Shown here piece by piece: positions 39,761 to 51,933 of a stretch of 64,000 bases of DNA; positions within the stretch are counted from its first letter, which is position 1; the number at the start of each line of letters is the position of its first letter. The notes beneath the pieces were generated by a model. It worked only from the letters and a program-made list of their open reading frames with translations, was not told the origin of the DNA and ran no database searches. The stretch spans positions 62,001-126,000 of the forward strand of contig CAJFCJ010000022.1 in NCBI GenBank assembly GCA_904063045.1, given 5' to 3'. This DNA comes from Dimorphilus gyrociliatus. Lineage: Eukaryota; Animalia; Annelida. Made by a program: the position numbers and the translations under genes.

Positions 39761-41348
39761 AATTCGACGAATCACAACAACTTTTGGTAACGGCTGCTAA
39801 TCTGGTTCAGTGTTCAGTGTTCATCTTATATTGCTATCTTTTGTGGTACTATTTTAATACTACTGAGTACGATTTATAAACTATTATATTGTTAAATCAT
39901 ACAATATATCATAGAAAACGCGATCTTTTGATATGAGAAATTAAAAGGTTTAACATGTTTATATAAAAATTCAATATATATGCATTAGTGAATTTAAAAA
40001 AATTAAAAAAAACAAGACAGAAGAATTTCTTTAAATAAAACAATTAGATGTTTAGCAGAATGTTTACTATTTTAAGAAAACAATTAGAAAAAAATTGATA
40101 TAGGGTTAAACGATTTATATAGCTGCAAACGAAATATATAAATAAAGGGGGAAATGAAAGATGTTAAACACTAACTAAAGTGTTACGTGAATAAAGAAGA
40201 CAGGAAAAGCATATCTGTGAATATGTTGTTGTAGTTTTTCTACAATTTCCGAATTTCTTGGGTAATTTGCTAATAGTTGGTGAATAAATTTGCTAATTAT
40301 TGAAAAAATTGATTATCGATGAGGGGTAAGAAAATCAAATATATCCAGTAGATGGCATTCACAAGAATGGTCCTCCGGAAATTGCGCCAGGGCTCCTAAG
40401 TCCTTCTTACTTTGTCTATAAGCACGAATCTATATTGACAATATGTAGATAAGAATGAGAAATAAATAGCCTATCTGACTTAATAAGCCACAATACATTT
40501 GTGCGGTTCTGTCCGCATCGACGCACTTTGCATAATAATTACATTAATCTTATTATCAAGCTGGTTTCTTCCCGCCTTAAGGCGTTCAGTATTTTCTTGG
40601 GAGGCATACAACTGGTATTTCTATAGGTTTGCCATTAAAAAATGGATAAAAAAAGAGTCTAATTTAGGTAAGATTATTAAAGGTTAACTTATCTTTCATA
40701 GTAATTTTTAAAAGTTTGGTATAATCTCAGTTTGTCAAAACAGTAGGAGTAATAGGTAAATAAAGATGACATTTTTAGAAGAAAACCGTTTGCATTTACT
40801 TAAATTTAATAAAAATTCATAATTATATAAAGTAAATGTGCAAACAACCAAACTATAAATGACAAATATCTCAATTAGATAGTTTAAGATTCAAATAGCT
40901 AGATTATAGGCTACCATCCAACTGGAAAGGATTAATAATTTTTTAGTAATTTATCATTATCTATTAAAAGACTTTGTGCAAAAACTAGTAATAATAACAG
41001 TCGTAATAGTAATATTAATGATTGATTAAGTATGATTTAAAATATAACAATAATTATTAATATAGTAGAATAATAAATTAAAATAAATTAACTTTTGCTT
41101 CTTTTTCTTAAAATTAAACATCAAAGAAGATATTTTGTTTAAAAGAAATCCCTGCTTTTTTTGTTTCTTTCTTCTAACTTAAAAAAATACCCTTAAGGTT
41201 TTTGATGACAATATTTGATTGAAACCTGACGTGTGTTTGTTAAAAGATCATTAACATAAAGTATGAGCGCTTGGCTATTCTATAAATATGCATTAGGAAT
41301 CTATAATTAGGGTTCCTATATAAAAACAGCGGCTTCCACTTGTCGTCC

Positions 41349-43278
41349 ATGATCGGATCCGGTATGGATCGCCTTCTAAAGGCGCTTTTCCAACTCAGGG
41401 AATTTAAATTGAAAAGGGATGATGATTTTACTGACCGGTTGAATAGGCAATGGACACCAACTTTGATGGCACTTTTTACGATTTTGGTATCAATAAAGCA
41501 GTACGTTGGAGCTCCAATTAGTTGCTGGTGTCCAGCCCAATTTACTCCGAGTCATCACGATTATACAAATACGGTTTGTTGGGTTTCGGATACATATTAC
41601 GTTCCTTTCTCCAGAACTGCCCCGAAGGAAAAAGAACCTAGGTATGTTAAAGAAAGAATAGAAATTGTAAATGAATTAAACAAATACAAAAAAAACTTAT
41701 ATCATTTTTATTCTATGAAGCAAATACAGTACGATTAAAAAAATTTTGTTATTTTTTTAATTATAAATAGCAGTTAATATGAAGAATTTTGCTATATCTC
41801 TAATTATCTCTAATTATCTCTAATTAATATTTACTTCAAATTCATTCTAAAGGGAAATACATAAAATAATAATTAATTATTTAATCAGTAGTTTTTGCTC
41901 CTAGAATAAAAAAAAAGCGGATTAGGAAAGTATGAAGATAAGTTTATCCATACTGAACAGTATACAGTATACTTTGTACTAGTACATTCATTAATTTAAG
42001 CATTTCTGTATGATTAACACTAAACTGAACTTTGACATTATGGGAATTTTAAAGAAATTGAGCAAACTCTTACAACAAACTAAAAAGGTCGTGATGAGGA
42101 TTTTAGTTGATGATTTACTGACATTCTAAAAAAGAATTTTCTTTAGTTGAGAATGTTTTTTCTATTCTGTTCAGTTCATTTATATAGATATTGGTGTGAA
42201 GAGAGATTGCATTATTTGTTAATGATGAAAATTTACGGCAAGAAACACTCTTATAAGCAATTTCTATTCTTTCATAAATAAAATACAATAGAGAAGATAT
42301 TAGCTATTATCAATGGGTTCCTATACTATTATTGGTTCAGGCAACAATGTTCTGCTTGCCGGCTGTTTTGTGGAAACTTTTACATAGACGTTGTGGTCTA
42401 AACGTATGTTCTCTTATCGAAGCGTCTAGAGCAGCTCAACGTGCTTTGTATGCTGACACTAGGGAAAAGACGACCCGTTTCGTTGTTGCCCAGATAGATT
42501 GTTATCTACTACAGCAGAGGGATTATAGTCGAAGTGGTTTTGCAAAGCTAAGAGCCACCTTCGCACGATACTGTTGCCTATTTCCCGCCAGATTACATGG
42601 CAATTATCTAACGACTGTTTACCTATGCTCCAAATTTGCATATTTAATAAATTCTACCGGTCAACTCTTTCTATTAGACTTCTTCCTTGGCGGTGGTTAC
42701 AGCGTTTACGGTCTTCGTTTATTAAGAAACGCTATGAAAGGTAATAAGGATTAGCAGCCTCCTTAAAGTTTGAAAATATTGCACAATATGTTTTTTTTTG
42801 ACTTTTAGGTGGTCGCCGTTGGTCAGCGTCTCCAATTTTTCCCAGAGTGACGCTTTGCGACTTTCAAGTAAGGCAGCAAACGAATGTTCATAGATATACA
42901 GTGCAGTGTGTTCTTCCAATAAATCTCTTTAATGAGAAAATCTTTATATTTATCTGGTTCTGGTTAGTTATGGTATCTTGTTGTACTTTAATTTCTCTAT
43001 TGCAGTGCACTTATAAGGCATCCTATTGGCCTGCTCAGGTAAGGGATGTTAGGAAAACATTGAGCTCTTTGGAGTTTGGTAAAAGAGAGATAAGAACTGC
43101 TAAAACTTTTGTAGAAAGATATTTAAGAAGGGATGGAATGCTTTTACTACGTTTAATCACCGTAAACGCTGGGCATCTTGTATCGGCCGACGTATTAAGA
43201 GGATTATGGGTAGGTTATGGATCTGATAAAAGAATTCAAAACAAGAGCAGGGCAAATTTATCTCAAGAGATGGTTTAA
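41349..43278 (+). CDS. Innexin (gap junction / pannexin family); 3 coding exons
   Basis: DDDFTDRLN, KQYVGAPISCWCPAQFT, YYQWVP, FPRVTLCDF, CVLPINLFNEKIFIFIWFW and F...YL..DG..LL, all innexin signatures. Confidence 0.95.
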
Positions 43279-44291
43279 GCGAATTCTTTTGAATTTTCTT
43301 CAAAATTCTCATTTTTTATATATCGTATGCATAAATGTTTGAATTTAGAGTAAGCTTCACATTTAAAAATACATAAGAGCTTAATTTCGCCTCTGAAAAT
43401 AAAAGAGACTTCGAACGTGATTGAGTTAATAGAAAGTTTAGTCTTGATAGATATATTATGCATATCTGTGAATAAAATTCGGATCTGGAGTAAAATATTA
43501 ATTTAAATTCTAAAAGCTTATTAATTACCGGATTTGGAAATTGATCGAATAGGGGAGTAGGCAATTGGAAATACTTAATTACCAGCTTTAGTGGAAAGTA
43601 GATTTCGCGCCTTCAAAACAAATAACTATGAAGCAGTCTAATTTATATGCATAGGCCTACGCCCCTTTATAAAGCACCTAGGATCAACTGAAAAACGTTT
43701 TATATACCGTATAGGCGTTACTCATTTGTATAATCGAAAATCTTTCGTTTGTTGCTTTTCCCATATTCTATTTATCAGTTTAACGTTTCATTAGAATATG
43801 AATAACGTTTAAATTTCACATTTCGTTTATAATTTCGTAGTAAACGCTGAGAAAGTAGATAAAAAAAGTATATAATCTCGTTAAATTAAACATCAAATAT
43901 GGCTACGTGTCGAGTAATACATTGTGAAATGGATATAATTACCAGAATCTTTATTTTGATCATAAACCAACCGTTAGTCACGAGACTTATTACTCAAGCA
44001 TCATATTGAATAAATGATCAAGTTCTCTGCATCTACGGCTCTCTGTCTGCTTTTCTTTCTTTCTCTCCCTCTCTCTCTCTGTATACACAGTATATATATG
44101 CATATATTTTTTATTTATCATTTTCTCATTCCTTCGTCTATTAATACGTTATGTAATACGGAAATAGTCACAGATCATTAATAATCCTATAATTTTAGAT
44201 AAACTCGTACTCTCGAACCTATGGGAATTATATAGGAATCCCGATAAGGCGTTTAACGAGAGGTCAGACTCTTTTTACTAGAAAGATTACG

Positions 44292-44638
44292 TTACGATGC
44301 TTGAGAGGGAGTTGGTGGGTATTGACGACGCGTTTCCTCAATAGTTAAGCTGTCCAAGAAGGTGGTGGCAGTATTCGACAGTAATTGACTGTGAGTAAAA
44401 CGGCGTAAAATCATTTTAACTTCCTCTTTGCCCTATAAAAGACCTCATTACGTCGAGATTTCAAAATGGAACTAACTCTTACCCTAAATGTATGTTTTAT
44501 TAATACTTTTCATTCCTTCTTCCCCCTTCCCTCTTCCCTTTTTTCAGCTATAATTTTAACATAAAAACCCAACCAAGCTTACTCATAAATACAAAATTGA
44601 ACATAGATGACGCAGATAAGCAATAGAGGTGGTGCCAT
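44292..44638 (-). CDS. Candidate small secreted peptide precursor (50 aa, 2 coding exons), not in the ORF track
   Basis: Acceptor TTCAG|AAG ATG G; exon 44638-44583 ends GA|GTAAGC; acceptor CTCACAG at 44389 has the matching phase. Product: MAPPLLLICVIYVQFCIYDQLLSNTATTFLDSLTMRKRVVNTHQLPSQAS*. Both exons are GC-richer than their flanks. Confidence 0.4.
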
Positions 44639-45746
44639 CTTCTGAACAAAAAACATTTGACAATTTAAACAAAACAAACGATTACAAACCACTAAAATTT
44701 TATTACCTACTATTTCAAAAATCTATACAAAATATGAAACGTATCTAGGCCTAGATAATAAACTAGACAAAGCATTAATAATAGAGCATTATTAACCCTG
44801 AATAGAGTGATATTATCAGGTAAATCAGAGTTCGATAAATTTTAAAGAATTTTTTTGTTTTACTTCTGTTTAATTATTAATGAATTTTTTTTAAATTATT
44901 CAACAGTTTATTTTGTTAAAATATGAGAAAGAAATAGTGAAAATTTTTTATTGTTTGTCAGATTGTAAATATACTTCTCTATTAACTTTTATTAGGTTAG
45001 ATAAAAGTCTGAAATATTTATTTCAAGGTTACCTTTGTAAAACTTAATTCAAACAACTTAAGATAATGATGACGATGACGCTGATGATGACGATAATAAT
45101 GGCATTGGTCAATAGTATGTTTCTTTGAAAATTGCCACCGTCATTAACGAAATATTTTACTAAAAAGCTTTAATTGATCGACTTTTCATGTTGAAATAAG
45201 ATCTATGTACTAGTCTGATAATTCCATTCTTAAAGGATTCTTTAAAAGTGATTGTACAGGTTTTCACTCAAATCTCTATCAATTAATTAATTAGTTAACC
45301 TTAAGAAAGAGAAAAGAACATCGGAAATAACAGTTTTATAATGCAAATATTTAATGTAAGAAGAGAAAAAAGTAATGGATGCTTATAGATTGAATTTCCT
45401 ACTGGTACAGAAGCTTAAAAAAGAACTAATGGATAGAATATCGATACACTTCTAGAGGGTGTATTTTCTCATACTGTCTCAATGACTTGTTTCTTACACG
45501 TAAAGAAGCAAATACTAAATACTTTGGAAAAAAAAACACTTAACAATAAAATAATAAAAAGGAATTTGAAAATTATAAATGAAAAAGAAAGAAAAAGAGC
45601 CTTTCTATTAGTTGAAACTCTTATTATTCTTACTTCAATACTTAACTGATTAAAAGGTAAAAAAAAAGAAGCTACAAGTAATATTATATACATTAAGAAA
45701 TTGAAGAAACTAAATAGGTTATTTGGATTCATTGTTTTGTAAAAAT

Positions 45747-46775
45747 ATGAACAAGTCATCGTCTAATGGAACTTGTAATGTTACAATATTTTCTTCTCCA
45801 ACAACTTTACCTTTTATTTTCGGTATGTTGGCTAATATATGTTCTGTTGCTATTCTAACAGCTGTATCGAAAAAGCATAAAGTTCTTTTAACTGTGAAGT
45901 TAATTTCGTATAATGATTTATTTAATTGTACTTTCTACGTTGGCTTTATTCTTTTTAATACTTATACTTGCGAAAGATATAGCGCTTCTCTTTTCTGTAA
46001 GATATGTGGCATGTTGGGTATAACATCTATGTTTTGGGCAATGCATTTAGTATGTCTAATGTCATTTGAACGATTATTGATGGTGATAAAACCTATATTT
46101 CATAGACAATATTGTACTGGAAAAAATACTTATATAGTTATCTCTTCTCTTATTTTACTCCTTTCCGATGTGATTTTCTTTCTTCTTCCTCTTCTTGATT
46201 TCGGTTTGCCTTACCATTTTTACAGAACAAATAAAGTATGTCTAATTGTTCTTGTTGCATCCAAGCATAGTATGGAACATAACGTATATATAATATATTT
46301 ATCACTCAACATCATTGGATCAACTGCTTTAACTGTTGTTTGTAACTTAGTCGTTGCTTGTAAATTGGATAAGAAGAATAAAGTTCAGGGAAACAATAAA
46401 AAGGAAAAGAAAGATAAAGCCAGTCATTTATCATTACTTATTAAAATTATTGCAGTTGTCAACTGTTGTTTGAATTTACCTGTTGGGGTAAGTGTTTAAT
46501 ATACTTCAGTTATTTAACTCTAAATTTGCTGTGTTTTTTTATGAACGAATACTTATAAATACTAATTATGGCAGGTAAAATTTATAGTTGACGTGATAAG
46601 AGAATCAGAGAACTTGCATAACAGCAGACCAACGGAAATAACAGCAGCCTTAGTCGCTTCAACAGCAATAGTTAACCCAATCTTATATATATGTTTTAAT
46701 AAACTACATAGAAACTATATGATATCAAAATTTCGAGGATTATTAAATAAGTGCCGTTGTAAAAATTTTAATTAA
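45747..46775 (+). CDS. Class A GPCR, prostanoid (EP-like) receptor-related, 313 aa; 2 exons
   Basis: N-glycosylation sequons in the N-terminus, TM1 SPTTLPFIFGMLAN, TM3 MSFERL, TM6 CLNLP and TM7 NPILY. A phase-0 intron at 46488-46574 joins the two ORFs. Confidence 0.85.
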
Positions 46776-47230
46776 TGACCCAGTTTCAATTTTATTGAAA
46801 ATATTCTCTGTTCAACTGTTATTCTTCTTTTTAAGAGGCGTGTTCGTTTTTGTGTTTTTGAAAAAGTTTTTCACATGTTTTGTTTAATTGATTTTCATGT
46901 AAAATTGCGTTCAAACAGTTCCATCGTTATAACACTGTATGACAACTTTCTTCTTTCTTAACTATTAAGGTATCTATTATATCTTTCGTGTTTAAAATAT
47001 GATATTTAAATTATAACAAGTTCATTTCCTTGATAGAACAGGATATAAAATCTTTAACTTACAATACATTGAATAAGTGAAGATTAGTAACAGGTCGATA
47101 CTTCATTTTCAGTAGATATCTTATATGTCATTTATTATAGAATAAAGAATAGGAATTAAAGATTTAACCTCAAGAGTATATCGTTCTAGATTTTGACCTA
47201 TATTAATCGACAAGTTAAGAAACATTATGT

Positions 47231-47232
<2 letters not shown>

Positions 47233-47308
<76 letters not shown>

Positions 47309-47316
47309 GGAGAGAG
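47233..47316. repeat. (GA)n microsatellite
   Basis: About 85 nt of GA repeats with a few GGA interruptions at the 3' end. Confidence 0.97.
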
Positions 47317-49235
47317 TGTAATGTTAGACAAGTACGTTATATTTGTCTTTAAAAATCTTTGAAACGAATTCTTAGGAAAGTGTAATAAATTATTTAAACA
47401 ATCGTCTTCTTAGCTAATGATAAATCAAAGAATAAAGAAATTGGATAGTGTTTGATTTATGATACAAAGGCATAATTGTTAATTCTAATTAACATTTTAA
47501 GGTAGACAATGCGATTGATATTATATTAACGAGTACAATGTTATACAAATTTCTATACCATATAGTTCATGAAAGTTTTTGACGTTAATACAAGAATAAC
47601 GATTTTTCATAGATTTTTTTCTTTTGCCCGAGTCTAACTTAGAATACTGATAAAATAGTTAAAATATATTATTAAAGGAAATACTCTTCTTCCTATCTTG
47701 CGCTGTGTTGTTGTTAGTTTAATGGCAGAAAAAAAAAGAGAAAGAAAGAAAGCTTTTATTCAAATATATTATAAGACCTAGATCGATTACTAGTTCTTAA
47801 GAGGGCTAAAATATACGTAATTGCCTATTTGTGAGCTATTACATTATCAAAAACGATATTTATATATTGAAAATGTTTTAGAATCTTTCTCTTGATAAAT
47901 TAAGAATGTTATAGTCCGATTCTAATAGATAAGGAATAATTTTCAACATATATCTATTTGTTTAAACCAGCCAAAACCCAAGAAATCTATATAGTATTTA
48001 TATGAATGTATAAAGCTGTAAAAACAGTTTTGTAAACATTCATACAAACATTTGAAAGAGTTTGACATCAAAGAAAATTAATATACATATATATTATAGA
48101 AAAAATTGTATTGTCTAAATAAATGTATACTAACTATAAAAATACCGCTGTACATAAAAACCCACGTAGATTGTGTTGCATATAGATATTTTACTAATTC
48201 ATAAAGGTTCATGTTGAAATATTGTTTTCTTATTTTATTTTATTTCTTGCTATTTTTTATGTTATTATAATAATCAACTGTCAATTATTTTTGTACTAAT
48301 AAAAATCATGCATACTTCTACGCTTATACCATATGTAAAAGCTTTCTTAATGATCTTTACAATATTCATTAACAGACGGTTTTTAGCATATAAAATCGTA
48401 TCACTTGTTGCAATGAAAATATAACATTTAGCAAATATACCGACACCATAGATCAAGTCACTTGACTTTTCCTCGCGTAGCTTTTGTTTAAAAGGAGATA
48501 CAAACTTTTAAAAATCAATTCTTCTATTAAAGATAAAGAAAATATAAAAATTGAAAGATAAACTTAACAGACGATCAGAAAGGTTAGAATATAAAATATA
48601 TAGGGTAAAGTATTTAGTTTACTTGAATTTTTTCGTGTTTTTTTTCTCTCTTCTTCTTCTACTCCTCCCTTTTTTATTATTATTAATATATCTTTAATAG
48701 TAAAATCAACTTAAAGAACTAAAAGTGTGGGTTGCCTATTATATTTCAAGCAGTCTTTTTTTTACAGTACTGTCTTTGAACAAGTAATCCAAATACAAGC
48801 ATAATCTTCTATTAATGACCTAAGAGGTAATATTTTCAGTTTTTCACTCAATTATTAATAATAATTTTTATATTAATTATATTTTTAATTGACGTCCCAT
48901 TTTAATATAATTTTACTGTCGAAATGTAATTCTTTTCAACTCTTTTTCCAGTAATATTCAGCAATTGATGTAATTTATTTATCGTATTTATTCATGTATT
49001 AATATATTAAGCATCAACTAATTTGACAGCCTAAGAAGACAAGACGTTACGAGACTTTTATCGCTAGATGGCATACTCGAGAAATACATTGAAAAGATGA
49101 ACAATAATCTGTAGATAATAGACGGGTGTTTCATTTTTTCTTGCTTGTCTATATTTAAGAAAAAGCAAATGAATAACTATTTTCCCTGTTCTATACATTT
49201 ATACAGAGTATATATTATATAGTACCTAGAGAATA

Positions 49236-49574
49236 CAGTATGGGCCAATAGTCATTGTTATACTATGAAAAATATATATTTTTAACTGTTTGAAATATTA
49301 AAATCATACCAAGTAAAAGTAGAAATAAGAAAAAACGAAATATTTTTGTCAATTTTTAGATGAAATTTTCTGAATGTAACAGCTACTTATGCTCCTATTG
49401 AAAATAGGCCTATCATCATTAAATTAATCATATTTCTGAGATATAAAGCAAAAAAACATATATATCCTCTCTAGAATGATAAGATTTTCATATCATTTCA
49501 TTAAGTATGCAAAGAGAAAAAGTAAAAAATAAATAACTTTTTCATGGTGTAACAGTGACTATTGGCCCATACTG
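49236..49574. mobile_element. Tc1/mariner-type MITE, 339 bp, with 37-bp TIRs and TA target-site duplication
   Basis: TA|CAGTATGGGCCAATAGTCATTGTTATACTATGAAAAA ... TTTTTCATGGTGTAACAGTGACTATTGGCCCATACTG|TA; 34 of 37 positions match; no ORF. Confidence 0.9.
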
Positions 49575-51933
49575 TATATGTATGTATATATATATATTTA
49601 TATATAGTTATAGTATAGTTATATATTTATACTAGTATGTCTTTTATACTGAAAGAGTGTATTATATCGACTAGAAGTATAAGAAAAGTGGTTAGTGTTT
49701 GTTGGCGATCCCATTTGAGGACTGAAATTTCCATTGTGTTTTCCTACTTTAACAAACATTTAGATAAAGTTATAAACTTTTACGCTTTGTAGAATAATAC
49801 TCAAATTTCTTTATCATTTATAAGACTGTATTAAAAAAATGATTACTTTATCTTGATAGTAATATATTTTATTAATCCGCTAAATCCGCCGTTATATTAA
49901 TATTAATATGTATCTCCAACGCCCCTAAGTTATGCAAATCACTTGATTCGATCGTATTAGATACAAAAACGGGTGCATTTTTAGTCTCTCCTTCAGTAAT
50001 TCACTTATACGTCATACGCTACAGATATATCTAAATCTTCGCTCACTGGATGATGACTAACCGCAAAGATTGAAACTGAAATCAGATTAAAAGCAAGATG
50101 AACCAGGAATGTGGTAAGAATTTTTAAACTAGCTAGCAGACGTTTTTCATCCTTTATTTATACTTGATCGGATATTTTGAGAGCATTTTTTATAATAATT
50201 ATAACTAATTAATAACCCTTTTCTTTGCTAATTATTAATATTTCATTGTAGATAGCCATATAGTCTTTTGCTTTTGCCATAAATATGTCAAGTTTTTTTA
50301 CGTTAACAATATTAATATAAGCCTATATTTCCCTACATTTATTTTTCTATATAACATGTACTTTTCCATCTTTTCCTATCTATCATTTTTTTATTGTAGT
50401 CAACAAAACAATAACTTAAATAATCTCCAAATCTCTCTGTAAACGCCTGCTACATTTTCTAGGAAATAGATATGTCCCCTTTTCAACCTAATGGTACTCA
50501 TGTAAAAAGTACTTACCTTTTTTTTTTAATAAAAACAAATTCTTTCCGATAGATATTTTTCTGGTTTCTCCTCTTCATCTATACATATAAATACAACAGT
50601 ACATGCACATGAAATACTACTATATGTGGTATACATATATAAAAAATTATTAATTATTAAAAAAGTGTAATAATACAATAGGCTTAACTCTAACAATCTT
50701 AATATTCAATTAGATTATTAGTTAATTATAATATTTATATTAATTTTTTAATATACAATAGACTCTTTATTTAATAGATCATTTCATGGTAAGTGATTAA
50801 TTGAAGTCTAATGATTGGCTCCTCTATAATTAAGAAAATGTTCAGATAATGAAAAGATATGTTAATTATAGTATTTGTAATTAATAGAAATCTCTTCCTT
50901 TAATCATTTTTGGTGTTTCCTTTACTTTCCCCCTATAACAATAAACAAAGGGCTTAATTTAACGTTAGATGATGTACTATACCTTTTTATTTCATTTCGT
51001 TTAGATATAGATTTGTAAACAATTTTTGTAATAAAAAGACAATAGCTATTTAATACCGCTTTTGCTGTTTTATAATAAGTCAGCAATTCATGTAGAATTA
51101 TCAGCTTTTGCTAGAGAGATGCTGGAAAATGAATAATAGAGTGTGGTACAGTTAGAGAGAGAGAGTAGAAGTGAGAGTGAGACAGAGAGAGGTAAAACAA
51201 AAACACAACAACATATGAAAGTGAAATAAAAATAGGAGAATCGTTGGGACAAAAAAAACAAAGAGTAATTGATAATTTATACTGATGTACTCAGCTTATT
51301 CAGCTTGTTAACACGTATGCAGAATGAGATGAGAAACATGGAAAAACACTATGGGACAATATTAAATGGTCTTGAATAGATGCCTCCAAAAAAGAAACAA
51401 AGCGGTAAGAGAGATCAGAAACGAATTAATAATAATATATAGATCATATGTGTTAAAATTAATTATTTAACATCAAAATAAAGTCATCGAAAGGAAGATA
51501 GATAAATTGCTGATACTATCTAATCGTAGAACTTATAAGAAATTTTCTCCTAATTATATAATTTGAATATTTATAGTCTAAGAATAAAATCGATTAGAAT
51601 TACTTAAATGTAAAAACACGTGTGATTGAATGGATCTAAAAGTTTACCGACTCGCTATATCAATAGATTGAATATTATATAGGCTCTGGAATATATACGG
51701 AATAATTTATGACAATTGGCAGTTGTGAAGCGGTTTATTTAGACCAAAAAAAATATTAAGGAGAATTTAAGAAACCTATTTCATAAAAAGCTCTAAAAAG
51801 ACTTCTTTATTAGAAAATTCTGTAATTCATTCTAATGATGCTATTAATATCGACCGTTTAATGGATTATGCATTAATAGTGTAGCTGTTGATTGATTACG
51901 ATTACGTTTCTTACAGGTTCGATCTGTTTAAGA

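Noticed and set aside
40499-40687. 62-aa hydrophobic ORF upstream of the innexin
   Set aside because: TTG start, no convincing flanking splice sites and no family motif. It is more likely UTR or regulatory DNA.
48274-48456. 60-aa minus-strand ORF
   Set aside because: No ATG start, no partner exons and no motif.
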